From Candidatus Zixiibacteriota bacterium (GTDB lineage: Bacteria; Zixibacteria; MSB-5A5; GN15; FEB-12): a stretch of DNA of 40,817 nt. The notes beneath the pieces are model-generated. The model saw nothing but the letters and a program-made list of their open reading frames with translations, did no database searches and was not told the origin of the DNA. The stretch covers positions 1 to 40,817 of the forward strand of contig JAYEIF010000193.1 of assembly GCA_034659895.1 (NCBI GenBank), written 5' to 3'. This document shows positions 26,693-36,329 of this stretch, one piece after another. Numbering within the stretch: the first letter of the stretch is position 1; each line of letters opens with the position of its first letter. A program made the translations under genes and the position numbers.

Positions 26693-29380
26693 TCAAGCCT
26701 TATGAACAATTTCCTGAATCTGAGTCATTCGCTCACGGGCAGGCTTGAACTCAGGAGCAATCTGCAGAACTTTTTGATAGCCAATCAATGCTGAACCCTT
26801 ATGCCCCATAAGAAGATAACATTCCGACAAGCCAAACATCACTTGTGCGTTTCCAGGATCCATTTTAAGGAAACGTTCATAGAATAGCATGGCGCGGTTA
26901 AAATCCTGCATCTGAAAATATAAATCACCCAACAGACTAACAATTTCATACTGGTCTGGAGCCATTTCAAGATATTTTTCCAGCGCAAGCGCAGCTTGCT
27001 GATTTTTCTTTAGTTTAATCCGACTCAAACCAAGATTGCGGAAGGATATTGCTATAACTTGTGGCATTCCAGTCGCCTGCTGATAATACTCCTCAGCTTT
27101 TGAATAATCCTCGATTTTATAGTAACATCCTGCAAGATCGTTGAGCAAAGCAGCATCAGGTGTTTCATTCTGCACTATGTCTTCATAGAAATCAGCTGCT
27201 TTACCATACTGACCTAGTCGGAAACTACATTCAGCTATACTACGTTTCTTTTCTACAGGCATATCATCATCAGGGACACCTATTTTATCAATAAACTTAC
27301 CTGCATGCTCACTCAAACCGACATCTTCAACCATAATAGCGTATTCAACAAGTGCTGGATGGTCAACAGGGAGCATATTCAGAGCTTTATCCAACCATTG
27401 TTTAACTTCTTTTTCTTTCCCTTCGTTTTGATACACACATGCCAGACCAATAGCAGCTCTATGCGCTGAATCATTAATCTCAAGTTGTTTTTTGAAAAAT
27501 ACTTCTGCATCGTCATAACGTTTTTGCTCCAGATAAACTCTGCCTAATCGTGCGTTAGCGTCAAGAAGCTCAGGATTGTACTCAAGAGTTTTTCGTAGAT
27601 ATTCAGCCGCCTTTTCCCAATCTCGGCGATACTCAGCAACCAAACCAAGACCATAGTAGGCATGCTGAAAACTTTCCGGGTGCATCAACATTATCTCGTC
27701 AGCCTCAAACGTTTCCGTCAACTGAGCTTGAGCCTTAAGGTAACGATTAAAGTACTGTTCGGCTTTGTCAAATCCATTCCTGCGAAGATAGATATTCCCC
27801 AACACCATAATAGAATCAAGATAATCGGGCTTTATCTCCAGAGAGCGAAGAGCGTATTTCTCGGCTGAGTCATTATCAGCAAGGATAAAATTAATAAGAG
27901 CCAACTGTCCAAGCGCCATCAGATGGATATGGCGATCACCGCGACTTCCCGTATCGGGATTAGTTAATTCAACAGCTCGACTGGCGGCTTCAATAATTCT
28001 GGGTGGATTATTCTGGTGTTCGGCAAGATCCTGTCCGAGCAGAACCTGCGCATAATTGAAACAAGCATAAGCGTTGTTTGGATTTTCTTTAAGCTGCTTT
28101 TCCAACAGGTCGGTGGTACGTTTTGCTTTGGCTGCCATTTTCTCTTCTGAGAGTCCGTACCCAAAATGTTTTATACGGGCTTTAGTGCGCACAATCGGTT
28201 CTGAGGAATCAATTACTAATTGATTGTGAACTATCCCTTCATAGCGAAGATTCAACTCCCGTCTGAACAGACGTGTCGAAGCCAGCGAAGTTACCCTTTC
28301 GTTAAACTTGCCGCTGTAATTGAAAACATTCACACTGATAATTTGACAATCTTTCTTATTTATCCCCCTGAGAAGAATCTTAACATCCTCAGTGTTAAAA
28401 CGTTCGTCAGCATCAATGATAAAAATCCAATCGCTGGTAGCCTTGTCCATTGAGTAATTGCGATGTTTGGAGAAGTTGCCTTCCCATTCCTGATGGAAAA
28501 TCTTTGCGCCATAGGATTTGGCAATTTCCACAGTGCTGTCGGTGGAGCCTGTGTCAACGATGATAATCTCATCGACCCAGTCGCGAATTGATTCGAGACA
28601 TCCCGGCAGAAGCTCTTCCTCGTCTTTCACAATCATACATGCTGACACAGTAGCTCCACGCTCAAGCGATTCAGCTAAAAGGCGTAACTCTTGAACTTGT
28701 GTGCAGTTGCTAATACCACGCTGAACAGCTTCGCGAGCCAGTTCAAGCTTTTCAGCCTTATCATATAATTTCGCAAGATTCAAGTATGGTAAGTGATTGC
28801 GTTTGTCGGCTTCAATTGCTCTTTCGTATGATTTGACCGCTTCTTTGGATTCTCCCTGAGTCTGACGGATCGAGCCTAAAAAATTGTGTACCTGTGACAG
28901 ATGTGCCGAAGTAGCGGCATAGTAGTTAGTTTTTTCATCCGCTGTTTCTTTTGAATATAGCGAGAGGTATTTCTCTGCCGCCTCAGCGGCCAAGTCGTAC
29001 TCACGCATAGAGAGATGACTAAATGCTAAAACATAGAAAGCATCAAGAGAGTCGTTATTGGTGTCATCCATCAGACGTTGCACGACTTTCTCTGCATCCA
29101 GATATTTCCCATAATTCAGGAAACCGTAAGCTCTGAGAGAATTATAGCGAATGCGTTGCCCTGCTTTTAGTAAGTGGTAATGTTCTTCAATGGAATCTAC
29201 AGCCTCAAGTATCTTATCCTCCTGCCCATTGTGCAAACAAGTCTCTCCCCTGTCTAACAGTGAGTCAAAGTCATCAACTTTATTTTTCCTGCCTTGCTTA
29301 GTTCCTTTTGTTTTATAGCGTTCTTGACTGTGTTTTGAATGCTTTCCGGAAGTCTTTTTCCCTTTTCGCTTGCGAGCCAT
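26693..29380 (-). CDS. TPR-repeat protein with an embedded family-2 glycosyltransferase domain (TPR-GT2-TPR)
   Basis: 895 aa. Lys/Arg-rich N-terminus. TPR-like helices at about aa 50-240 and 440-895. GT-A/GT2 core at about aa 245-440 (VSACMIVKDEEELLPGCLESI..., IIVDTGSTDST, DxD as IIDADE). No terminator is visible in the 87-nt gap after fliW. Confidence 0.85.
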   Translation of the reverse strand: MARKRKGKKTSGKHSKHSQERYKTKGTKQGRKNKVDDFDSLLDRGETCLHNGQEDKILEAVDSIEEHYHLLKAGQRIRYNSLRAYGFLNYGKYLDAEKVVQRLMDDTNNDSLDAFYVLAFSHLSMREYDLAAEAAEKYLSLYSKETADEKTNYYAATSAHLSQVHNFLGSIRQTQGESKEAVKSYERAIEADKRNHLPYLNLAKLYDKAEKLELAREAVQRGISNCTQVQELRLLAESLERGATVSACMIVKDEEELLPGCLESIRDWVDEIIIVDTGSTDSTVEIAKSYGAKIFHQEWEGNFSKHRNYSMDKATSDWIFIIDADERFNTEDVKILLRGINKKDCQIISVNVFNYSGKFNERVTSLASTRLFRRELNLRYEGIVHNQLVIDSSEPIVRTKARIKHFGYGLSEEKMAAKAKRTTDLLEKQLKENPNNAYACFNYAQVLLGQDLAEHQNNPPRIIEAASRAVELTNPDTGSRGDRHIHLMALGQLALINFILADNDSAEKYALRSLEIKPDYLDSIMVLGNIYLRRNGFDKAEQYFNRYLKAQAQLTETFEADEIMLMHPESFQHAYYGLGLVAEYRRDWEKAAEYLRKTLEYNPELLDANARLGRVYLEQKRYDDAEVFFKKQLEINDSAHRAAIGLACVYQNEGKEKEVKQWLDKALNMLPVDHPALVEYAIMVEDVGLSEHAGKFIDKIGVPDDDMPVEKKRSIAECSFRLGQYGKAADFYEDIVQNETPDAALLNDLAGCYYKIEDYSKAEEYYQQATGMPQVIAISFRNLGLSRIKLKKNQQAALALEKYLEMAPDQYEIVSLLGDLYFQMQDFNRAMLFYERFLKMDPGNAQVMFGLSECYLLMGHKGSALIGYQKVLQIAPEFKPARERMTQIQEIVHKA

Positions 29381-29467
29381 TACATTATCCCAATTTTAGA
29401 TTTGCGGTTGGATATTGGCTCCCTGCTCTCTATCTTTTTTTCTTCAAGAGTCAAAACCATCGGTTTA

Positions 29468-29947
29468 TTACACTCCAACTAGTTCATCAATGTCCAGCGC
29501 TTTCGACTTCGCAGTCTCTTCAGTGACTTCTATCAATGGGTGATGTATCTGGTAATCGGAGTCCACCAAAACCAATTGTTTGGCCAGATTGTTCTCGGTG
29601 TTAATTAGAATTGGACCTTGTAGATTAACCGACATTTCCACAGGATTCTTTGGAACATTAACAATTACATAGGTCTCTACTTTGTCAGAAGATTTAACCT
29701 TGAGATCGGCTACTTCCTTAAAATGCACGCGGATTCTGTAATCCTCGAAGAAGATTATCGGATTAACTACGATGAATGCAATGAATGAATCTTCGAGAGA
29801 CTGTAACCACATGAATGGGAGGAACTCTTCCTGTTCGATCAGGCAATATCTCACCAATTTCTCGAAACCAAGTATTGGTTTTTCCATCGTAATAATCTTG
29901 TTGCCGGGTATTTCCAACGGTCCAAATCTGTCGCTCTGTACCAACAT
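29468..29947 (-). CDS. fliW: Flagellar assembly factor FliW (CsrA antagonist)
   Basis: 159 aa. FGPLEIPGNKIITMEKPILGFE..., FIVVNP and NLQGPILIN blocks are typical of FliW. Confidence 0.9.
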   Translation of the reverse strand: MLVQSDRFGPLEIPGNKIITMEKPILGFEKLVRYCLIEQEEFLPFMWLQSLEDSFIAFIVVNPIIFFEDYRIRVHFKEVADLKVKSSDKVETYVIVNVPKNPVEMSVNLQGPILINTENNLAKQLVLVDSDYQIHHPLIEVTEETAKSKALDIDELVGV

Positions 29948-29969
29948 AATTATGTCCTCACTTAAAATC

Positions 29970-31898
29970 CTATCTTAAGAAATCTAACAAAGTAGGCTGC
30001 ACAATACGCGCACTTGCCATTAAAGCTGATTTGTAGTTATTTTCATAAACAGCTAAATCTGTAATCAATTCGGCCATGTCAGCATCCTCAGTATTACTCA
30101 GAAGCTCTGTAAAACTAAGTTTCTGATCTTCAAGTCGGCTCAGTGTACTTTCCAGTCTTATAGACTTGGAACCAACGTTAGAACGGTTGATAAGCAAATG
30201 CTGCATTGCGTCATCCATATTGGCCAGAAGCTTACCGGTACCTTCCTGATCATTGTTCTGAAGAGCATTGCGTAAAAGAATTACTGAGCCTAAGATGTCG
30301 CTCGATCCCCAAAGCTGCATTCGCTTAGCCGTATCATCTGTGGAATCGTTTTCAATTATGAAAGACTTGGTGCTGTCATTGTTGACTATTTGTATTCCTC
30401 GACCATCGGCATTAATTGACGCCGTGATATCAAGGCCGGAGTTATTTAACTTATCCAGAACATCCTGAATCGTTACAAGTGTCGGTGATGACAGGTCAAT
30501 TGTTTGTGTCTTATCTCCTTGATTGATGACCAATTGACCAAGAGACATCCCTATTCGATTGCTAAGGTCAGCGACTTCTGATGTTGCCAACAAATTAGGA
30601 TCAAGATCATTGCCGGAGAAATCCCCGTTATGAGTACCAATTATACCGAGATCCTCTGCAGTGGAACCTGAGATTTCCTCTACAGCAAAACTCGGCAAAG
30701 GCTCAAGGTCAGTACCAATCAGATTAGGATCAATGTCGCCCCGTATTCCCAATTCCAATGCTGTCATCTCTGTGGATACGGCTTCCTCAATACTCAGCCC
30801 AAGCGCGGGGGGACCGGTGGCATCGGTTATTTTAAAGCCTTTACCAGAGGCGTTGATATCCATAGTAACTGCAGGATAACCTGCTGCAGTCATCTGAGTA
30901 TTGAACTTATTTCTGATATCGCCAACCGTAGTTGATCCGCTCAGGTCTATTTCTACACTCACTCCAACACCATCAGTTACCAATATCTTGCCCGGCTCCA
31001 AATCCAATCCGTTACCACTGTTTAGCCTGTCGATGCTGGTGCTATCCGATATTTCTCCAGTGGGAGTAGTGATATCGAGCAGAAGATTGTTGCCCGTATC
31101 GCCAAGTTTCAGTTCAAGATCCGTTATACCGGCTAAAGCCAGTTGAGCATTCACACCAGGATTAAACAAATCATCCACAGTCGTCATTCCGCTAATATCA
31201 ATTGTAGCGTTTATGCCAAGATTCTCGTCAGTGATGGTAAAAGTACCAACTGTCTGATCAATACCTTCTCCGTTTAGCAAATCATCAAGTAATGTATCGT
31301 TGGTTACGCCGATGTTTAAGTCGGCATCTGTTCCCAATGTACTCAATTGCTCAAATAACACTTCAGAACCAATTAAATTAATATTCATATTGGAAGAAGA
31401 ATCAATCTGATATTTGATATGTCCCGTATCACCATTATAGACTACACCATTACCTGAAACTTCAAATGCCTTAGTATTGGTGCGGTGACCAGAAAAAACT
31501 GAACGACCTTCTAATTTGGTATTTCCAATCTGTATTAATTGATCAAGAATAGAGGATACTTCCTCGGCTGCACCATTGCGCGCTGTTGCATCATAATTTC
31601 CATTTGCCATTACAATAGCAATTTCATTAGCGCTCGAGACAAGATTTTTCATATCGCTCAGACTTGTATCATACTTCTGCATCCATGTTTGTGCTCGATG
31701 GACACTGCTATTGTATTGCTCGTTCCGGATGAGTTCTGTGCGATAGTTTAAATCACGTTGAATACCAATCGGATCATCCGATGGTTTATCAATCTTTCGT
31801 CCGGTAGACATTTGGTTTTCCATAGTCATGTAGCGGTTAATAGCCCGCTGCATATTGAAAACCACTCTGTCGGAAATCATACTGTTAGTAATTCTCAT
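29970..31898 (-). CDS. flgL: Flagellar hook-associated protein 3 (hook-filament junction), long form
   Basis: N-terminal MRITNSMISDRVVFNMQRA...STGRKIDKPSDDPIG and a C-terminal flagellin-like helix ...ARIVQPTLLDFLR. It has a central insert of about 340 aa. Confidence 0.9.
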   Translation of the reverse strand: MRITNSMISDRVVFNMQRAINRYMTMENQMSTGRKIDKPSDDPIGIQRDLNYRTELIRNEQYNSSVHRAQTWMQKYDTSLSDMKNLVSSANEIAIVMANGNYDATARNGAAEEVSSILDQLIQIGNTKLEGRSVFSGHRTNTKAFEVSGNGVVYNGDTGHIKYQIDSSSNMNINLIGSEVLFEQLSTLGTDADLNIGVTNDTLLDDLLNGEGIDQTVGTFTITDENLGINATIDISGMTTVDDLFNPGVNAQLALAGITDLELKLGDTGNNLLLDITTPTGEISDSTSIDRLNSGNGLDLEPGKILVTDGVGVSVEIDLSGSTTVGDIRNKFNTQMTAAGYPAVTMDINASGKGFKITDATGPPALGLSIEEAVSTEMTALELGIRGDIDPNLIGTDLEPLPSFAVEEISGSTAEDLGIIGTHNGDFSGNDLDPNLLATSEVADLSNRIGMSLGQLVINQGDKTQTIDLSSPTLVTIQDVLDKLNNSGLDITASINADGRGIQIVNNDSTKSFIIENDSTDDTAKRMQLWGSSDILGSVILLRNALQNNDQEGTGKLLANMDDAMQHLLINRSNVGSKSIRLESTLSRLEDQKLSFTELLSNTEDADMAELITDLAVYENNYKSALMASARIVQPTLLDFLR

Positions 31899-31937
31899 AA
31901 CTCTACTGCTTTATTTTTCATTTTAACCAGCTATTTT

Positions 31938-32270
31938 TTATGTTGGGTTTGAATTACTATCCGGTCGCCTTCGATGTCGTTTATTCTTATACTCAACCTT
32001 GGCTGAATGCTTATTGTCCAAATTGTGTCCCTTGTTCTTGAGCCTGTTTTTAAGCAGGTTTAAAATACCAGACAAATCGTTCTTTATCGACTTAGACGCT
32101 TGCCTGTTTTCTTCTTGGATCTTCACATAAATCTCTTCGCGATGGACTATCACATCCTGTGGTGCATCAATTCCTATCCGCACCTGACGACCGTGTATTC
32201 CAAGTACTGAGACCTTTATTTTATCTCCGATCGTGATGGATTCGCCCAACCTCCTTGTTAAAATCAGCAA
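31938..32270 (-). CDS. csrA: Carbon storage regulator CsrA with extended basic C-terminal tail
   Basis: [47 protein letters not shown] is the canonical CsrA fold sequence. TTG start with GGAGGG 5 nt upstream. At 110 aa it is well above the usual 60-80. Confidence 0.9.
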   Translation of the reverse strand: MLILTRRLGESITIGDKIKVSVLGIHGRQVRIGIDAPQDVIVHREEIYVKIQEENRQASKSIKNDLSGILNLLKNRLKNKGHNLDNKHSAKVEYKNKRHRRRPDSNSNPT

Positions 32271-32315
32271 ATTACCCTCCGTGGCACATGTCAGTTTAGT
32301 TGTATAGCATCCTGC

Positions 32316-33713
32316 CTATCTTCCTACAATCCCCATCCTGGAGATTACTACATCCAGCGCTTCATCCATAACAGTGATTACTCTTGCTGACGCATCGTAT
32401 GCGTGCTGGAATTTGATTATATTTGTCATCTCTTCATCTAAAGAAACACCCCGAACAGACTGTCGAGAGTTTTTTACCTGTTGGTTCATAAGTCTATAAT
32501 TATCTGCGAATGAAAGCGCCTCCTGCGACTCAACTCCAATAGATCCAATTATCCCGTTATAATATTCATTAATAGTTGACGAGCCATTAACCATAATCCG
32601 CTCATCTTTCAGCAATTGGATACTAAGCGCTATGTCTCCATCTCCAACCTCGCCAGAAGCTGATGCCGCTATTTTATCAGGGGATTGCTCCAGATCTGAG
32701 TTGAGACGAATAGTGGCGGCAGTTGTAAAGTTTGGGTTAAAGAAATTATTACCTGTCGAATCATCCAGGCCATAACCTGTAACATGAATAGCATTAACCT
32801 GCTCTACAACTGTTTTTGCCAACCTATCAAGTTTGTCGATATACTTGGGAATAATCATATCGCGAGTATCTAACAATCCTTTCATCTCACCTCTCTCAGA
32901 AGTGATTTCTACAGATGTGTTTTTCCAAATCAGACGGTGTTTCAAGTTTTGATTGGACACATAGGACTCAGCATCGATATCAACAGAATCGGAGCCGTTA
33001 ACAATTTCCAAAGAGCCAATGGATACCCTTACCTGGCCATTGTCCTCTTCAATTGTTCTGACATCAACTAAACTCGACAGATTGTCAATTAATTGATCTC
33101 TGCTGTCTCTCAAGTCATTAGCAGTAACATTACCCAGTTCCTGAACCTTGATTTGCTGATTTAGCTTGGCAACTTCAGCTCCCAGACGATTTACCTCGCC
33201 AGTCATAGCAACCATATCATAATCTATGGAATTCCGCAGTTTATTGAGATGAGTTGAAAGCTCATGAAATTCAGAGATAAGACTGGTAGCTGTTCCCAAT
33301 AAAGCCTGACGGTTGGTTGTTGATTCAGCATGCTGAGAGAGTGTATCCCATGAATTCCAAAATTCACTCAGACGTTGTGAAAGAGTATTGTCAGATGGTT
33401 CAGAAAAAAGAGATTCTATCTGTGAGAATATCTTTTCCTTGTAACTCCATTCACCAAGTGATTTGTTGCTTTGACGAAATTGTTCCCCGAGGAAGAGATC
33501 GCGAACATGCTGTATATTATCTACAACTACACCTGTTCCAATCGTGCCATAGGAAGTTTCTTCCGGGTAAAAAGCACTTATTCTGACTCTTTGCCGTGAA
33601 TATCCCGGGGTATTTACATTAGAGATATTGTGTCCAATTGTCTGAAGGCAGATCTGATTAGATAATAAAGCTCGTTTGCCGACTTCCAGTCCCTGAAATA
33701 ATCCAGCCATCAC
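32316..33713 (-). CDS. flgK: Flagellar hook-associated protein 1
   Basis: N-terminal GLEVGKRALLSNQICLQTIGHNISNVNTPGYSRQRV and C-terminal FQHAYDASARVITVMDEALDVVI. Confidence 0.93.
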   Translation of the reverse strand: MMAGLFQGLEVGKRALLSNQICLQTIGHNISNVNTPGYSRQRVRISAFYPEETSYGTIGTGVVVDNIQHVRDLFLGEQFRQSNKSLGEWSYKEKIFSQIESLFSEPSDNTLSQRLSEFWNSWDTLSQHAESTTNRQALLGTATSLISEFHELSTHLNKLRNSIDYDMVAMTGEVNRLGAEVAKLNQQIKVQELGNVTANDLRDSRDQLIDNLSSLVDVRTIEEDNGQVRVSIGSLEIVNGSDSVDIDAESYVSNQNLKHRLIWKNTSVEITSERGEMKGLLDTRDMIIPKYIDKLDRLAKTVVEQVNAIHVTGYGLDDSTGNNFFNPNFTTAATIRLNSDLEQSPDKIAASASGEVGDGDIALSIQLLKDERIMVNGSSTINEYYNGIIGSIGVESQEALSFADNYRLMNQQVKNSRQSVRGVSLDEEMTNIIKFQHAYDASARVITVMDEALDVVISRMGIVGR

Positions 33714-34195
33714 GCCCTCCTATCGACTGCTAAATTATGTTTTGCCTCTTGCTCATCTCCGCCAGAGTTATAAACTGGCGATGGATCACCTATACGGGAA
33801 AACATTTTCATCATACGTCCGATATAATCACGTGATTTATTAAGCAATATCGCATTCTGGTTACGCGTCTTGAGAATCCTATCATTTACGTTCAGGATTG
33901 CATCGCGCAACTGAGACAACTGGTCAGCCTGTGATTGATCTACCATCTCCAGAAGGCGTGTTACCGTCAAATCTCCATCAATGACATTGTGACGCTTGAT
34001 ATCCTCGATCACCGCTTCACGTTCCCTGTGCAGCAGTTTACTTTTACTCAACATCTCGCGCTGCTGTTCGGTCACATGGTTTAGTCTTTCAACATTGTTG
34101 TCCACCAATGCTCGTTGCTGTTGCTCAAGCAATTCAAGAAATGACTCGAAGAGTGAGGCTTCCCTGCCAAGTATGTCAATCAATTGATCTACCAT
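33710..34195 (-). CDS. flgN: FlgN-family flagellar export chaperone
   Basis: 161 aa, all-helical. LIDILGREASLFESFLELLEQQQRALV is typical of FlgN. Its stop overlaps the flgK start (ATGA). Confidence 0.78.
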   Translation of the reverse strand: MVDQLIDILGREASLFESFLELLEQQQRALVDNNVERLNHVTEQQREMLSKSKLLHREREAVIEDIKRHNVIDGDLTVTRLLEMVDQSQADQLSQLRDAILNVNDRILKTRNQNAILLNKSRDYIGRMMKMFSRIGDPSPVYNSGGDEQEAKHNLAVDRRA

Positions 34196-34228
34196 ATCCG
34201 ATTCCTTTTGCCAAACGGCTTTTATCTT

Positions 34229-35185
34229 TTATCGGCTGAAATGCGAAACCACTTTAGCATTGTCAGGAGACATTATTTTACGATATGATTTGACAGCATC
34301 CATTACACGGTTCACATACTCTTCTGTTTCCGAAAATGGAGGAATGCCCTGATAGCGCTCGACGCTTCCGGGACCGGCATTGTAGGCCGCTACGGCAAGC
34401 CGAAGATCTCCAAAGCGATCAAGCTGCTTCCGCAGATACTTTACCCCGCAATGGATATTCTGATGTGGATCAAACGCACTGTTCATGCCCATTTCCGTAG
34501 CGGTACTATCCATAAGCTGCATTAATCCCTTGGCGCCCGCAGACGATACCGCGTTTGGATTACCACCCGATTCAGTCCTGATAACAGCACAGATAAGCGC
34601 AGAATCAACCTTGTTGGCGGTCGCAGCCTCATTTATAATATGGCCGTATTGAGATATAATACTGTCGGACGAAGATTGTTGTGGCATCTCCGTTCTTTCC
34701 AAATCTCTCACTGGGTTTACCTTGACAGAGATTTTCGGCCTAACCGGATTACTGTCAAGTTCGAACATCTTCTTTTGAAGCGGAACAGTATTGCGCTTAT
34801 CGAGAGGTAAATCATGGACTGTTCCACTCGATTCAAAGCTATTTGAGGATGGCTCTATTGACTCAACGAGCGAGTTATATAATATATTGGAAATAGAATG
34901 TGGGCCGCCGGACATCTTCTCAGCCAGATGAACATCAAACATATCCATAAAGGTATCTTTGCCAAAACTATCCGAGAACGATCCATCTTGTGTTAGTGAA
35001 TTTTCTTTGACAGTTTTGCGCATGGCCTTGAGTATCTGATACATAAACAGTGACTCAAATTGCTTAGTGGCCTTCCGCAACTTCGATTTCTTTTGTTCAA
35101 TGCTCTGCGATTTTGATTTCATCAAGCTATTAAGTTTGGACGGATTCTTCAAGCCATGCTGTATCGTTGGTAATAGGGTGTTCAT
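34229..35185 (-). CDS. flgJ: FlgJ-like rod-binding protein fused to a lytic transglycosylase (SLT) domain
   Basis: Rod-binding motif ATKQFESLFMYQILKAMRKT in the N-terminal part. The C-terminal SLT motifs include the catalytic E in VIRTESGGNPNAVSSAGAKGLMQL, and AAYNAGPGSV. Confidence 0.85.
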   Translation of the reverse strand: MNTLLPTIQHGLKNPSKLNSLMKSKSQSIEQKKSKLRKATKQFESLFMYQILKAMRKTVKENSLTQDGSFSDSFGKDTFMDMFDVHLAEKMSGGPHSISNILYNSLVESIEPSSNSFESSGTVHDLPLDKRNTVPLQKKMFELDSNPVRPKISVKVNPVRDLERTEMPQQSSSDSIISQYGHIINEAATANKVDSALICAVIRTESGGNPNAVSSAGAKGLMQLMDSTATEMGMNSAFDPHQNIHCGVKYLRKQLDRFGDLRLAVAAYNAGPGSVERYQGIPPFSETEEYVNRVMDAVKSYRKIMSPDNAKVVSHFSR

Positions 35186-36321
35186 TATAAAATTACCAGT
35201 TCAGCTCGAAGTGCTCCGGCTTGTTTTATAGCCTGAAAGATGGCAATAATATCTCGTGGTGTGGCTCCAATCCGATTCAGCGCTTTTGCAACATCAGTAA
35301 GATACACAACACGCTTCAGGTGAACGACCCGCGCATTCTCATCTGTAACATTTATACGGGAATCCTGTGTAACAACTGTCTGACCTCCGCTAAACGGCTG
35401 CGGTTGCGATATAACCGGACTTGACTGGATATTTACCGTAATAGTACCATGCGCTATAGCAACAGGTTCAATGGTTACATGCTGACCGACAACGATTGTA
35501 CCGGTCTTTTCGTTGATCACTACTCTCGCCGGCGTATCCGGCACTATTTGTAGAAGTCCTATGTCAGAGACAAACTCGATACGGCTTGTCGATTGTGACA
35601 GCGAATCCGGAATAATTAATTTGATAGTACCCGCATCCAACGGATAAGCCAACAACCCATACTTAATATTGATGCGTTCAGCTATCCGATGAGCAGTAGT
35701 AAAATCCGGATAGTTTAATGATAGCCTTATTTCCCGGTTCTCGGGAAGCGGTCCCTCCAGCGGATTTGTAACCTTACCGCCACCGGGCACTCGACCGACA
35801 AGGGTATAGTTTTTAACAATCTTGTTATTATCATCAACTTGAACATTGAAACCACCTATAGAAATCGGTCCCTGGGCAACAACTCGTTTTACACCATCGA
35901 GAGTCGATAGCGGAGTCATAAGCAGAGTTCCTCCTTTAAGCGACGAGGCATCCCCAACTGATGATACCATTACATCAACATACGACCCCTTAGTTTGATG
36001 GCTATTGATTGTGGTTGTAACCATAACGGCGGCAACATTTTTGACCTTGACTCTGCTTTGGTCAACTGTAAGGCCCATACGTTCCATCATGTTGACCAAC
36101 GATTGCACTGTAAACTGGGTACCGTTACCATCGCCACTTCCGTCAAGTCCTATCACTAAACCATATCCTACAAGGCTTTCCTGCTGTTTATTCTGAAAAT
36201 CGCAAATATCCTTTATTCTAACCTTGCCGGCATTGGCCACAGAAACCATGGCTATAACCAAACAACAGATTAGATAAATCCCTGTTGGAGTAGCGAGCAT
36301 TCGTGTGACAATTGAATACAT
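35185..36321 (-). CDS. flgI: Flagellar P-ring protein
   Basis: RIKDICDFQNKQQESLVGYGLVIGLDGSGD and a C-terminal ...AIFQAIKQAGALRAELVIL. I chose the ATG at 36321 (AGGAGG 4 nt upstream). The ORF track starts at 36342. Confidence 0.94.
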   Translation of the reverse strand: MYSIVTRMLATPTGIYLICCLVIAMVSVANAGKVRIKDICDFQNKQQESLVGYGLVIGLDGSGDGNGTQFTVQSLVNMMERMGLTVDQSRVKVKNVAAVMVTTTINSHQTKGSYVDVMVSSVGDASSLKGGTLLMTPLSTLDGVKRVVAQGPISIGGFNVQVDDNNKIVKNYTLVGRVPGGGKVTNPLEGPLPENREIRLSLNYPDFTTAHRIAERINIKYGLLAYPLDAGTIKLIIPDSLSQSTSRIEFVSDIGLLQIVPDTPARVVINEKTGTIVVGQHVTIEPVAIAHGTITVNIQSSPVISQPQPFSGGQTVVTQDSRINVTDENARVVHLKRVVYLTDVAKALNRIGATPRDIIAIFQAIKQAGALRAELVIL

Positions 36322-36329
36322 CAAACCTC

